DNA of 64,000 nucleotides from Casimicrobiaceae bacterium (GCA_035455705.1 DATIEN010000094.1:188-64187); one strand, 5' to 3'. Counted from the stretch's first letter, positions 35,695 through 46,238 are shown. A program made the numbers and translations. The notes: generated by a model from the letters alone, not told the origin.

Positions 35695-37122
35695 CTACAC
35701 CAGGAAGAGCGTCGCGAGGCCGAGGAAGATGAAGAAGCCGCCCGAGTCGGTGACCGCGGTGATCATCACCGACGAGCCCAGCGCGGGATCGCGTCCGAGC
35801 TTCATCATCGTCATCGGGATCGCCACGCCGGCGAGCGCGGCGAGGAGCAGGTTGAGCGTCATCGCAAGCACCATCACGATGCCGAGCGACAGTTGCCGGT
35901 ACAGCAGGATCGAGACGATTCCCATGACGCCGCCCCAGACGAGCCCGTTCAGGAGCGACACCGCGAGTTCCTTGCGAATGAGTTGCCGCGATTCGCCGCG
36001 AGTCACCTGTCCGAGGGCCAGCGCGCGCACGATCATCGTGATCGTCTGGTTTCCCGAATTGCCACCGATCCCGGCGACGATCGGCATGAGCGCCGCGAGC
36101 GCGACGAGGCGCTGGATCGATCCCTCGAAGATGCCGATGACGCGCGAGGCGACGAACGCCGTGACCAGATTCACGGCGAGCCACGCCCAGCGGTTGCGAA
36201 ACGACTTCCACACCGACGCGAAGACGTCCTCCTCGCCGTGAAGCCCAGCGGCGGCGAGCATCTCCTCCTCGCTGCGCTCGCGCACGAAGTCGAGCACTTC
36301 GTCGACGGTGACGCGGCCGACCAGCTTGCCGCTCGCGTCGACGACCGGCGCCGACACGAGATCGTAGCGCTCGAACGCGCCTGCGGCGCTGCGCATCGGC
36401 TCGTGCTGCAACAGGCGAACCGGCGGTGGCTCCATCACGTCGGCCACGAGGGCTTCGGGCTCGCTCACGATCAGCCGCTCGAGTGGCAGCACTCCCTGCA
36501 AATGCTCGTTGCGGTCGACGACGAAGATCTGATCGGTCTGCGACGGCAGCTCGTCGAAGCGGCGCAAATAGCGCAGCACGACTTCGAGGGTGACGTCGGA
36601 GCGCACCTGGACGTCCTCGAAGTTCATCCACGCGCCGACGACATCCTCGTCGAACGACATGGCCGCGCGCAGCTGCTCGCGCTCCTCGACCGACAAGCGC
36701 CGGACGATGCTGTCGATCACGCGCTGCGGCAGGTCGGGCGCGAGTTCGGCGATCTCGTCGGCGGGGAGCGCCTCGGCCGCGGCGACGAGCTCCTCGGCGT
36801 TCATCGACGAAATCAGCGTCTCGCGAACCGCGTCGGACGCCTCGACGAGGATCTCGCCGTCGCGATCGGCCTTGACGAGATCCCAGATGTACAACCGCTC
36901 GTCGAGCGGAAGCGCCTCGAGCAGGCGCGCGATGTCGGCCGGATGCAGCCGGGCGAGCATCCCCTCGAGATCGGTCCGGTTCTTCCGGGCGACGGCGCTC
37001 TCTTCGGCGATCGGGCCCGCGCCCGGCGGCGCCGCGTAGCCCTGCTGCTCGCGGATCAGGCCCTCGACGAGCCGGTGCTTGCGCAGCAGCGCCGTGACGT
37101 CGGCGAGCACATCGTCGGACAT
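35695..37122 (-). CDS. mgtE: Magnesium transporter MgtE
   Basis: LHPADIA, CBS pair, GIGGNSGNQT, ITAVTDSGGF. Confidence 0.96.
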   Translation of the reverse strand: MSDDVLADVTALLRKHRLVEGLIREQQGYAAPPGAGPIAEESAVARKNRTDLEGMLARLHPADIARLLEALPLDERLYIWDLVKADRDGEILVEASDAVRETLISSMNAEELVAAAEALPADEIAELAPDLPQRVIDSIVRRLSVEEREQLRAAMSFDEDVVGAWMNFEDVQVRSDVTLEVVLRYLRRFDELPSQTDQIFVVDRNEHLQGVLPLERLIVSEPEALVADVMEPPPVRLLQHEPMRSAAGAFERYDLVSAPVVDASGKLVGRVTVDEVLDFVRERSEEEMLAAAGLHGEEDVFASVWKSFRNRWAWLAVNLVTAFVASRVIGIFEGSIQRLVALAALMPIVAGIGGNSGNQTITMIVRALALGQVTRGESRQLIRKELAVSLLNGLVWGGVMGIVSILLYRQLSLGIVMVLAMTLNLLLAALAGVAIPMTMMKLGRDPALGSSVMITAVTDSGGFFIFLGLATLFLV

Positions 37123-37215
37123 GCCGCGATGTTAGCCCGGATGTCCACGCGATTCGGGTGAGACGTTGCGGCCGAACGAGGCCGCCGCGACCGCAATGGC
37201 CACCAAGCTGTGCCG

Positions 37216-37920
37216 CTACGGGAAGTCGGCGGCGGGCATCCGCGCGAGGATGATGCCGATCTTGCGGTTGAGCCCGGGCGCGCCCTGATGGTGCTCGTAG
37301 AAGCGCGGGTTCGGCGCCATCGCCGCGAGACGCGCCGCCTGCTGCGACGACAGGCGAGAAGCCGAGACGTCGAAGTAATGAAGCGCGGCGGCCTCGGCGC
37401 CGAATACGCCGCTTCCCCATTCGACGACGTTGAGATAGAGCTCGAAGATGCGGCGCTTGTCGAGCATCGCCTCCAGCAGCACGGTGATGATCGCCTCTTC
37501 ACCCTTGCGAACCCACGACCGCGACCCGGACAGGAACAGGTTCTTCGCGAGCTGCTGCGTGATCGTCGATCCGCCCGCGACGATGCGACCGCGCTTCTCG
37601 TTCTTCTCGAGCGCGACGGTGATGCCGTCCCAGTCGAAGCCCTCGTGCTCGACGAATTTCGCATCCTCGGCGGCGATCATCGCGCGCTTGAGCGACGTCG
37701 CGATCCGGTCATACGGAACGAAGCGATAGCGCAGGCGCGCACCCGGATTCTTGTCGTGCAGCACCTGCATCCGTTCCGACATGAAGGCCGTCTCGCGGGG
37801 CGGATGGTCGCGCCACCACCAGATCATCGCGGCGAAATAGGCGTGCAACACGACGATCGCGAGGACGCAGAAGGCCGCCGCGAACGCGAGAACGCGCGCC
37901 GGCGTCCACTTTCGCTTCAC
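37216..37920 (-). CDS. mtgA: Monofunctional peptidoglycan transglycosylase
   Basis: AAEDAKFVEHEG, GGSTITQQLAKNLFL, RKGEE, YLNVVEWG. Confidence 0.96.
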   Translation of the reverse strand: MKRKWTPARVLAFAAAFCVLAIVVLHAYFAAMIWWWRDHPPRETAFMSERMQVLHDKNPGARLRYRFVPYDRIATSLKRAMIAAEDAKFVEHEGFDWDGITVALEKNEKRGRIVAGGSTITQQLAKNLFLSGSRSWVRKGEEAIITVLLEAMLDKRRIFELYLNVVEWGSGVFGAEAAALHYFDVSASRLSSQQAARLAAMAPNPRFYEHHQGAPGLNRKIGIILARMPAADFP

Positions 37921-37924
37921 CGAC

Positions 37925-38917
37925 TCATTCGCTCGAGAACTCGTTGCCCGGCGCGAACGTCCAGGTGCGCGTGATGGAGAGGATGTCGGTGTCGCGGCGG
38001 ATGTCGTCGGGGAACGGCGCGTAGGGCCCGGCCATTTCCACGATCTTGACCGCTGCCGCGTCGAGGATCCGGTAATTGGACTTGCGGTTGACCTCGACCT
38101 TCTCGACGCTGCCGTCCGCGCGGATGAACACCGTCAGGATCAGGCTGCCGTAAAGCTTCTTCTGCCGCGCGGCGGTGGGGTAGTTCGTGTTGCCGATCTG
38201 CTCCACCTTCATCCGCCAGTCCTCGACGTAGCGCGCGAAGCGATATTCGCGCGCCTGCGCGCCGATGTGCTTGCGCCGCGGAATCTTCTGATAGGCGTCC
38301 AGGTCGCGTGCGATCTTCGCCTCGAGGCGTACGGCCTCGAGCGTTTTCTGCATCACGTCGTTCGCGGTCGGCGACTCGGTCGGCTGCGGATCGGTGAGCG
38401 GCTTCGGCTCGGGTGTGACGATCGCCGTCGGCGAGCGCAGCTGCGTCATCATCTCGCGCGTCGAGTTTTCCGGGACCTCCTGGCGCGACGCGGCGGCCGC
38501 GACGTTGCGCTGCGGGGTCTCGTGCAGCGCCGGCAACGGAGTCTTGGCGCTTCGGTTCTGCTCGGTGTTGCCGCCGCCGTCGAGATTCGCCTGCGCGAGA
38601 AGCGTCGCCTTCGCGGGCTTCGAGACCGACTTAGCGTTCACCAGCGCGACCTCGAGCGGCGGGCTCGAATCGCGGTCGCGTGCGGAGCCGAACGTGAAGT
38701 GCAGCGACAGCGCGATCGCGTGCAGCGCGATCGAGATCGCCACCGCGATGCCGATCGTCGAGGTCCGCCGCGGCGCAATCAACGCTTCGAGCGGAATGCG
38801 GGCCGGCGGCAGCGCGCCGGCGACGGCGAGCTTCGCCGTGCGCACGGATGCGGCGCGCGGCCGCGGCGGGGCGGAGGCTGCGTTCGACGGCTTCGGCGCT
38901 TCGACGCGGCTTGGCAA
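37925..38917 (-). CDS. TonB family protein
   Basis: SIALH TM motif, Pro-rich linker, TonB_C-like domain (ILDAAA, APFP, ITRTWTF); start uncertain. Confidence 0.85.
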   Translation of the reverse strand: MPSRVEAPKPSNAASAPPRPRAASVRTAKLAVAGALPPARIPLEALIAPRRTSTIGIAVAISIALHAIALSLHFTFGSARDRDSSPPLEVALVNAKSVSKPAKATLLAQANLDGGGNTEQNRSAKTPLPALHETPQRNVAAAASRQEVPENSTREMMTQLRSPTAIVTPEPKPLTDPQPTESPTANDVMQKTLEAVRLEAKIARDLDAYQKIPRRKHIGAQAREYRFARYVEDWRMKVEQIGNTNYPTAARQKKLYGSLILTVFIRADGSVEKVEVNRKSNYRILDAAAVKIVEMAGPYAPFPDDIRRDTDILSITRTWTFAPGNEFSSE

Positions 38918-38976
38918 GGCGCGTTCGCGTAGGTGGAGAAATTCGCCCGCCCGATTGTAGCGCGGCTATGCCAGCG

Positions 38977-40923
38977 TCATGACGATTCCTGCGGGCCGCC
39001 GATCGGGCACGAAGCCCCGAGTGGCGGCGATCCAACGCTTTTGCCGGTTGGTGAGGGCGCCGAAGCGGCGGCCGCGGGCTCGGCAAGCCCCGCGAAGCGG
39101 CATTCGAGGGTGCACTCGAAGAGGTCCACGGCGCCGATGCCCACCCGCACTGGCGTGCCCGCCGCCTGCGCGGGCATGTCCGCGAGGCGCACGACGAGCG
39201 GCAGCCGGTCGAAGCGCACGAGCGTGTCGCGTATCACGCGTGCTTCGCACTGCGAGACCCGCTCCTGCAAGAGCCAGCGCAGGCACCAGTAGTGCTCCAT
39301 CCGATCCTGCATCTCGGCGTACAGCGAATACGTCGCCTCGAAGTCGGCGAGCGCGGCGAAGAGCTCGGGATCGTTGTCGGCGTACGGTGCGCGTCCTTCG
39401 CCGACGACCGCGAGCAGCTGTTGCTGGTTGACGAGGTCGCTGTAGCGGCGAAGCGGCGAGCTCGCCCAGAGGTAATGGCCGACGCCGAGCCCCTGGTGCT
39501 CGCCGGGACGCGTGCTCATCTTGACCTTGCCTCCCGATTGGACGCGATAAAGCCCCGGGATGCGCGCGAGCGCGAGCAGGCGGCCGAAGCTGTGATTGAC
39601 GTGGATCATGAGTTCGGCGACCAGTTTGTCGAGCGGGCTGCCGCGCGGTCGCGAAGTGATCGTCACGCGTCCCGGCTCGCCGGCGCCTTCGTTGTCCCAG
39701 TCGACGTCGAAGTTGTAGTCGATCCGCGCGGCATCGGCCTTCCCCCGCTTGTCGGCGAGATGCAGCGCGAGGCGCCACAGCGAGCGGAGTCCCGGCGTCC
39801 ATGGCGGCTCGTCGCCGGACGCGGGCCCGGCGAACGATTCGGTCACTGTGTCGTGGCGCAGGTTCGCGGCGATCGGCACGCGCTCGAGCGCGGTGCGCTG
39901 GCGAAGCGGCGCGCCTTCGGCATCGGTCTCGACGTACAGCGACAGCGCCGCAGGCGTTCGACCCTCGGCCAGCGTGAACGCCTCGACGACGGCGTCGGGC
40001 AGCATCGTGACCTTGCGCCCCGGCATGTAGACGGTCGACAGGCGGGTGCGGGCGATCGCGTCGAGCGCCGTGCCGCGCGCGATGGCGATCGCCGGGCACG
40101 CGATGTGGATGCCGATCTCGTGCCGCCCGTCACCGAGATCGCGCACCGAGAACGCGTCGTCGATCTCGGTCGTCGACGCGTCGTCGATCGAGAACGCGCG
40201 TACCGGCGCGAGCGGCAGATCCGGCAACGGCGGCAACGCCTGCCACGGCGGAAAATCGGTGCCGTGCGGAAAGGCGTCGACGACGAAGCGGCGAAAGTGA
40301 TATTCGTGCGAGGACGCGATTGCGCCGCACGCACGAAGCACGTGCACCGCGCTCGTTCGCATACGTTCGCACGCCGCCGCCAGCGCCTTCCACTCGGGCG
40401 CATTCTTGTCGGGCCCGTAGAGCAGCATGTCGAGCTTCGCCGCGAGCGGCGGCGGCAATCGATGCGCGGCAAGCTCGTCGACCCATTGGGCAATCTCGCG
40501 TGCCTCGCGCTCCTTGCGCTCGACCGATGCAAGCGCCGCCTTGAGCGCCTCGGGAGGCGCCCTGCGGAAGCGGCCGCGCCCCTTGCGATAGAAGTACATC
40601 GGCGCGCGCGCCAGTGCGAGCGCGACGGCCGCCGACTGCGCCGGCGCGGGTTTCGCGCCGTAATACTCGCGCGCGAGCTCCTCGAATCCGAACTCGTCGT
40701 CCGGCACCACTTCCCAGAGAAAATGCGGGTCGAGCTCGGCAACGAGCTCGTGCGCGCGGGCGAGCGTCTCGGACGGCGAGGGCTCGGCGAAGCGCAGCAG
40801 CACGTGCGCCGACTTGATCTTGTGCCGCTTGCCGGAAACGGCTTCGACCGAGAGGGACGCGTCGTGATCGGCGAGCAGCGTGCCGGCCTTGAGCTGGCCG
40901 TCCTCCTCGAACAGGACGTTCAT
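38977..40923 (-). CDS. rnb: RNB-domain exoribonuclease (RNase II)
   Basis: FSIDDASTTEIDDA, SSPLRRYSDL; TATAAT on minus strand at 40996-40991. Confidence 0.93.
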   Translation of the reverse strand: MNVLFEEDGQLKAGTLLADHDASLSVEAVSGKRHKIKSAHVLLRFAEPSPSETLARAHELVAELDPHFLWEVVPDDEFGFEELAREYYGAKPAPAQSAAVALALARAPMYFYRKGRGRFRRAPPEALKAALASVERKEREAREIAQWVDELAAHRLPPPLAAKLDMLLYGPDKNAPEWKALAAACERMRTSAVHVLRACGAIASSHEYHFRRFVVDAFPHGTDFPPWQALPPLPDLPLAPVRAFSIDDASTTEIDDAFSVRDLGDGRHEIGIHIACPAIAIARGTALDAIARTRLSTVYMPGRKVTMLPDAVVEAFTLAEGRTPAALSLYVETDAEGAPLRQRTALERVPIAANLRHDTVTESFAGPASGDEPPWTPGLRSLWRLALHLADKRGKADAARIDYNFDVDWDNEGAGEPGRVTITSRPRGSPLDKLVAELMIHVNHSFGRLLALARIPGLYRVQSGGKVKMSTRPGEHQGLGVGHYLWASSPLRRYSDLVNQQQLLAVVGEGRAPYADNDPELFAALADFEATYSLYAEMQDRMEHYWCLRWLLQERVSQCEARVIRDTLVRFDRLPLVVRLADMPAQAAGTPVRVGIGAVDLFECTLECRFAGLAEPAAAASAPSPTGKSVGSPPLGASCPIGGPQESS

Positions 40924-41036
40924 GCGAATCGGATGGCGCGCGGCCGGCGGGCGATCCGCGAAAGCGGCGCGGCGTTGACGGGGGGTGGAATTATACGAGG
41001 TAGCATTCGGAATCGACGGCGCGGGCGGGAGAGCAC

Positions 41037-42050
41037 ATGGAATATCGGCGGCTTGGCGAAAGCGGGCTCGAAGTGTCCATCGTCTGCCTCGGCACGATGA
41101 TGTTCGGCGATCGCACGAATGCGCGCGAGGCAGGCGACATCGTCGCAGCCGCGCACGATGCCGGCGTCAATTTCATCGATACGGCCGACGTGTATTCGAA
41201 CGGCGAATCCGAAACGATGACCGGCGCGGCGATCGCCGCGAAGCGTCACCGCTTCATCGTCGCGACGAAGGTCGGCAACGTGATGGGCGGCGACGCGAAC
41301 CGCAAGCCGTTCAGCGGAGGTGCCTCGCGACGCTGGATCCTCGCCGAGTGCGATGCGAGCCTCGCGCGGCTTCGCACGGACTTCATCGACATCTATTACC
41401 TGCACATCGACGACGCACAGACGCCGCTCGAGGAGACGGTCGGCGCGATGGGCACGCTGATCGAAGCGGGCAAGATCCGCTATTTCGGCATCTCCAACTT
41501 TCGAGGCTGGCGCATCGCCGAGCTCGTCCGCGTCTGCGAGCGACAGAACGTCCCGCCGCCGGTCGTCTGTCAGCCGTACTACAACCTGTTGAACCGGATG
41601 CCGGAAGTCGAGGTGCTTCCCGCCTGCGACCACTACGGCATCGGCGTCGCCTCGTATTCGCCGATCGCGCGCGGCGTGCTGACCGGCAAGTATTCCGGCG
41701 GTGCCGTTCCCGGCGATTCGCGCGCCGCGCGCAACGACCGGCGCATCATGCAGACCGAGTTCCGGGCCGAGTCGTTCGCGATCGCCGACGCGCTCAACGC
41801 GCATGCGACGAAAACGAACCGCTCGCCGGTGCAGTTCGCGCTCGCCTGGTTGTGGGCGAACCGCATCGTTTCGTCGGTGATCGCGGGACCGCGCACGCTC
41901 GCGCAGTGGCAGGATTACGTCGCGGCGATCGGCACGCCGTGGACCGCCGAGGACGAGGCGCTCGTCGACTCGCTGGTCCATCCCGGGCATCCGTCGACGC
42001 CCGGCTACAGCGACCCGCAGTATCCGATCTACGGACGCAGGCTCGCCTGA
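41037..42050 (+). CDS. Aldo/keto reductase
   Basis: LGTMMFG, IDTADVY, ATKVG, IYYLH, YSPIARG. Confidence 0.93.
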   Translation: MEYRRLGESGLEVSIVCLGTMMFGDRTNAREAGDIVAAAHDAGVNFIDTADVYSNGESETMTGAAIAAKRHRFIVATKVGNVMGGDANRKPFSGGASRRWILAECDASLARLRTDFIDIYYLHIDDAQTPLEETVGAMGTLIEAGKIRYFGISNFRGWRIAELVRVCERQNVPPPVVCQPYYNLLNRMPEVEVLPACDHYGIGVASYSPIARGVLTGKYSGGAVPGDSRAARNDRRIMQTEFRAESFAIADALNAHATKTNRSPVQFALAWLWANRIVSSVIAGPRTLAQWQDYVAAIGTPWTAEDEALVDSLVHPGHPSTPGYSDPQYPIYGRRLA

Positions 42051-42051
42051 C

Positions 42052-42585
42052 CTATTTGGCCGGTGCGCTCTCGAGCGCCTTGATCACGTCGTCGGTGATG
42101 TTGACCGCCGGTCCGACGAACGCGGCATCCTGCAGGATCAGGTCGAAGTGGTTGTCCTTCGCGTACTTGGTGAGCACCTGGTCGAGTCGCGCCTTGAGCT
42201 TGTCCAGCTCGTCGAACTGACGCGCGCGCAGATCCTCGGCGAACTGCTGGCGCAGCCGCTGCATCTCGCGCGTGCGCGCCTCGACGTCGCGGTCGCGGCG
42301 CGTGGCTTCCTCCGCTGACAGCGTCGGGCGGTCGTTGGCGAGCGCCGCCGCGGCGGCCTGCACCTCCTGCTCCCTGCGCGTCAAATCCGCGTCGCGCGCC
42401 TTGAATTCCTGTTCGATCCGCGCCTGTGCCGCCTGCGCGGCCTTCGATTGCCGCAGGATCTGCTCGACGTTCATCACGCCGATTTTGTAGGTCTCGGCGT
42501 ACGCGGGGAACGCGGCGAGCGCGCCGGCTGCCATCGCGAGCGCAACCATCCGCGCGCGCTCGGCGACGTTGCGACGCTTCGGCAT
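42052..42585 (-). CDS. skp: Skp/OmpH family periplasmic chaperone
   Basis: Signal peptide, KIGVMN...coiled coil...FDLILQ..NITDDVIKAL. Confidence 0.88.
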   Translation of the reverse strand: MPKRRNVAERARMVALAMAAGALAAFPAYAETYKIGVMNVEQILRQSKAAQAAQARIEQEFKARDADLTRREQEVQAAAAALANDRPTLSAEEATRRDRDVEARTREMQRLRQQFAEDLRARQFDELDKLKARLDQVLTKYAKDNHFDLILQDAAFVGPAVNITDDVIKALESAPAK

Positions 42586-42638
42586 GGCGCTTCGAGCGCA
42601 GGCGGCCGATGGCGGTTCCGACGATTCGCACCGGCGCT

Positions 42639-43532
42639 TCATGGATTGGCGATTCCATGCGGCACGTGACCGGCCGCTACGTGCTGCGCCGCCGACTCGA
42701 CGTGCCGCGTCTGGTCGTCGAAATAGATGTCGGCGCCGAATGCGCGCAGGAACTGTCCCTTGTCCAGGCCGCCGAGGAAGAGGGCTTCGTCGATGCGGAT
42801 GTTCCATGCGCGAAGCGTCCGGATCACGCGCTCGTGCGCGGGAGCGCTCCGTGCCGTGACGAGCGCCGTGCGGATCGGGCTGCCCGCTTCCGGGAAGTCC
42901 GACTGGACACGATGCAGCGCGGCGAGGAACTCCTTGAACGGCCCGCCGGGCAGCGGCGTCGCGGCGGACGCGCGCTCGCTCCGCGCGAACGCGGCAAGGC
43001 CATTCGCCTGGTAGATCCGTTCGGCCTCGTCGGAAAAGAGCACCGCGTCGCCGTCGAAGGCGATCCGCAGCTGATCGGTTTCGTTGCGAAAGACCGTCGG
43101 AAAGATCGTCGCCGCCGCATAGCCGTCCTCGAGCGCGCGCCGCACGTCGTCGGTGTCGGCGGACAGGAACAGGTGCGCGCCGAACGCCGGCACGTAGCGC
43201 GACGTCGCCTCGCCGCTCGTGAACGCGGCGCGTGTGATGTCGAGCCCGTAATGCTTGATCGCGTTGAACACGCGCAGGCCGGTGTCGGCGCTGTTGCGCG
43301 AGAGCAGGATCACCTCGACGTACTGCTTGTCGGGACGGTTGAGGCGAAGCAGCTTCGTCACGAGCGCGAACGCGGGACCGGGTGCGAGCAGCTCGTCCTC
43401 GTGCTCGATCTGGTAGCGCTGATAGCTGTCGACGCCGAGCTCCGTATAGATGCGGTGGCTTTCGGACAGGTCGAAGAGTGCGCGCGAGCTGATCGCAACG
43501 ACGAGCTTGCCGGCGAGCGTGGGCGCAGTCAT
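42639..43532 (-). CDS. 5'-nucleotidase (cN-I-like HAD)
   Basis: LVVAISSRALFDL, LRIAFDGDAVLF, LVTAR, YFDDQ. Confidence 0.92.
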   Translation of the reverse strand: MTAPTLAGKLVVAISSRALFDLSESHRIYTELGVDSYQRYQIEHEDELLAPGPAFALVTKLLRLNRPDKQYVEVILLSRNSADTGLRVFNAIKHYGLDITRAAFTSGEATSRYVPAFGAHLFLSADTDDVRRALEDGYAAATIFPTVFRNETDQLRIAFDGDAVLFSDEAERIYQANGLAAFARSERASAATPLPGGPFKEFLAALHRVQSDFPEAGSPIRTALVTARSAPAHERVIRTLRAWNIRIDEALFLGGLDKGQFLRAFGADIYFDDQTRHVESAAQHVAAGHVPHGIANP

Positions 43533-43600
43533 GGAGCGCAATGGTAGAGCCGATCGGCGTGCGGTGCGAGCCGGGTGCCTTGGCACTTGCGTCGCGCGAA

Positions 43601-44827
43601 CTACCGCGGCGCGCAGAAGACGGGTCCTTCGAGCACCCAGCCGTCGGCCTGCATCGGCGCGACGAGCGCCGGATCGACGACGTAGCGATGCCGCGTCTGC
43701 GTGACCGTCGCGCCGGGCCTCCACAGCCTGCGAACGACGACGTCGCCACCGGCACAGCTGCCGTCGACGGGCAGCCGCGCGCGAAACGTCGCGCCCTCCT
43801 CGATCCAGTGAGGATCCTCGCGCACGGCCGCGCATTCGTTCGCGTAGGCGGTGTAGAAGTGCGAGTTCGGGCCGATGCCCGGCGTGCCGAAGAAGCGGCA
43901 GACCGCCGCCGCTTGCGGATTGGCCGCGTCCATCGGATACGCGTTGAACGAGGCGCCGGTCCGCGACCAATCGGGGCCGAGGCCGCCTGCGTCGAGCAGG
44001 GACTGCTCGCCTGGATCGGCGGTCAGAAAATATTGGCCGTCGGCCGCGTTGTGGTATTCGACGACCGGAACCGTTGCGAAAGCGCCGACGCCCTGCCCGG
44101 TGAGCGTGAAGAACGCGAGCGTCGCCAGTTGCGGCGCATCGATGACGAGCGTCGCCTGTCGCGGTCCGTTTGCCTGCGGATGGAAGTACAGCAGCAGCGT
44201 GCAGCTTCCGCCCGGCGCGATGGCGAGGCCCACGCCACAGGCGCCGACGCCACTGCCGGCCTCCCCGCGGAAGTCGTAGGGATCGAGTCCATTCAGGACG
44301 AGCGCGCTCGGGACGATCGGCGCGAAGCCGGCGTTGCGCAGCGTGACGACGAGCGCCGCCGTTTCGTCGCCGACCGGCTCGGCGCCGAAATCGGCGAGCG
44401 ACGGCGAGAAGGCGAGCGTCGCCGTTCCCGCTTGCGCGTCGATGGCGCGGCCATAGAACGTCACCAGCTGGTCGGGCGTCGACGTCGTGTTGTGGAACCA
44501 CAGCGCGCCGGACGCCTGCCCCGGCAGCGTCGGTTCGAACCAGACCGTCGCCTCGCAGGCGTCGCCCGGTTCCAGCGTCATCCCGGTCGAGCACGTCGTC
44601 TGCGTCCGATACGCCGCGCTCGTTGCGCTGTGGCGGCTCACGTCGGTGAATGCGAACGGGGCGTCACCGCAGTTCGACACGCTTACCGTGGCCACCGTGC
44701 TGCTGCCGACCGGCTGCTGCCCGAACATCAGCGTGTCGGCGCTCATGCAGATCCGCGACGCGGCGAAGGTCGGCGAGGATAGCGAGATGACGGCGACGAG
44801 GCGAGCGAAGGCGCGAAGCGGGGACAT
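43601..44827 (-). CDS. Secreted protein: two Ig-like (choice-of-anchor D/ASH-like) domains plus DUF5648-like C-terminal domain
   Basis: Signal peptide; repeated FG.QPVG...N.G.AP...C...L.PG..C...F.P; C-terminal VVEYHN...VCRF...NSHFYTA...W..EG. Confidence 0.8.
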   Translation of the reverse strand: MSPLRAFARLVAVISLSSPTFAASRICMSADTLMFGQQPVGSSTVATVSVSNCGDAPFAFTDVSRHSATSAAYRTQTTCSTGMTLEPGDACEATVWFEPTLPGQASGALWFHNTTSTPDQLVTFYGRAIDAQAGTATLAFSPSLADFGAEPVGDETAALVVTLRNAGFAPIVPSALVLNGLDPYDFRGEAGSGVGACGVGLAIAPGGSCTLLLYFHPQANGPRQATLVIDAPQLATLAFFTLTGQGVGAFATVPVVEYHNAADGQYFLTADPGEQSLLDAGGLGPDWSRTGASFNAYPMDAANPQAAAVCRFFGTPGIGPNSHFYTAYANECAAVREDPHWIEEGATFRARLPVDGSCAGGDVVVRRLWRPGATVTQTRHRYVVDPALVAPMQADGWVLEGPVFCAPR

Positions 44828-44900
44828 GGGCGAGGCATCGACGCGCGCGATCGTCGCGCGCGTCGGGAGGCGCGGATTATTGCAGAACGGCGCGTGCGCT

Positions 44901-46238
44901 TCAGGCGGCGCGCTTGAGATCGCGCTCGAGCTCCCCGAACACCGCGCGGATCTCGCGCACCGCCCATTCGAGGTCCTCGCGCGGGATGTTGAGCGGCGGC
45001 GCGATGCGCACCACGGTGCCGTGCGTGTCCTTCGACAGGATGCCGCGCGCGAGCAGCCGATCGACGACCGGGCGCGCCGTCGTGTACCGCGGATCGACCT
45101 CGATGCCGATGAACAAACCCTGTCCGCGAACGTCCGAGACGATCCGGCCGCGCAAATTCTGGAGCTCCGCCAGGAGCCACGTGCCGAGCTCGGCCGAGCG
45201 CTCGATCAGCTTTTCCTCGAACAGCACGTCGAGCGCCGCCATCGCGACCGCCGCGGCGAGCGGATTGCCGCCGAAGGTGCTGCCGTGGTCGCCGGGATGG
45301 AAGACCTGCATCACGTCGTTCGTGGCGACGAACGCCGACACCGGCAAAAGACCGCCGCCGAGCGCCTTGCCGAGGATCACGCCGTCCGGTTGCACGCCGT
45401 CGTGCTCACTCGCGAGGAAGCGGCCCGTCCGGCCGAGCCCGGTCTGGATCTCGTCGCAGATCAACAGCACGCGGTTCTCGCGGCAGATCTCGCGGCAACG
45501 CGCGAGATAGCCTGCCGGCGGCACGATGATGCCACCCTCGCCCTGGATCGGCTCGACGAGGAAGGCAGCGGTCCGCGGCGTGATCGCCTTCGCGAGCGCG
45601 TCGGCGTCGCCGAATGGAACGGTCGAAAGGCCCGGCGGAAACGGGCCGAACCCATCGCGGTACTGCGGCTCCGTCGACAATCCGACGACGGCGATCGTGC
45701 GGCCGTGGAAGTTGCCCGCGCAGCCGATGATCTCCGCGCGGCCCTCGGCAATGCCCTTGACCTTGTAGCCCCACTTGCGCGCCGCCTTGATCGCCGTCTC
45801 GACGGCCTCGGCGCCGCCGTTCGCGGGCAGCGCGCGATCGAGGCCGGTCAGTCGCGCGAGGCGTTCGAGGAGTGCCGGCAGTTCGTCGTTGTGATAGGCG
45901 CGCGACGTGACGCCGAGCCGATGCGCCTGCGCCACGAGCGCCGCCACGATCCGCGGATGCGCGTGGCCGAAGCTCACCGCCGAATAGGCGGACATGAGGT
46001 CGAGGTAGTAGTGACCGTCGAGATCGGCGACCCAGCTGCCCTCGCCGCGCGCCAGCACGACGGGCAGCGGGTCGTAGTTGCGCGCGCCGAACGTCTTCTC
46101 GCGGGCGATGAGGTCGAGGGCTGGCTCGGACAGGGGCTGCGAAACAGGGTCGCGCCCGATCGTGTGGGCGCTGCGGCCGCTGGCGGGCTGCCAGCCGGCT
46201 TGCGACGGACGGGCGCCGTCGTTTTTGCGGGTTGCCAT
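44901..46238 (-). CDS. rocD: Ornithine aminotransferase
   Basis: NYDPLPVV, SAYSAVSFGH, EPIQGEGG, DEIQTGLGRTG, GKALGGG, HGSTFGGNPLA. Confidence 0.94.
   Translation of the reverse strand: MATRKNDGARPSQAGWQPASGRSAHTIGRDPVSQPLSEPALDLIAREKTFGARNYDPLPVVLARGEGSWVADLDGHYYLDLMSAYSAVSFGHAHPRIVAALVAQAHRLGVTSRAYHNDELPALLERLARLTGLDRALPANGGAEAVETAIKAARKWGYKVKGIAEGRAEIIGCAGNFHGRTIAVVGLSTEPQYRDGFGPFPPGLSTVPFGDADALAKAITPRTAAFLVEPIQGEGGIIVPPAGYLARCREICRENRVLLICDEIQTGLGRTGRFLASEHDGVQPDGVILGKALGGGLLPVSAFVATNDVMQVFHPGDHGSTFGGNPLAAAVAMAALDVLFEEKLIERSAELGTWLLAELQNLRGRIVSDVRGQGLFIGIEVDPRYTTARPVVDRLLARGILSKDTHGTVVRIAPPLNIPREDLEWAVREIRAVFGELERDLKRAA

Noticed and set aside
37216-40923. TonB-like gene between rnb and mtgA as a novel association
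   Set aside because: This order is a familiar betaproteobacterial arrangement; only the usual aroE is missing.
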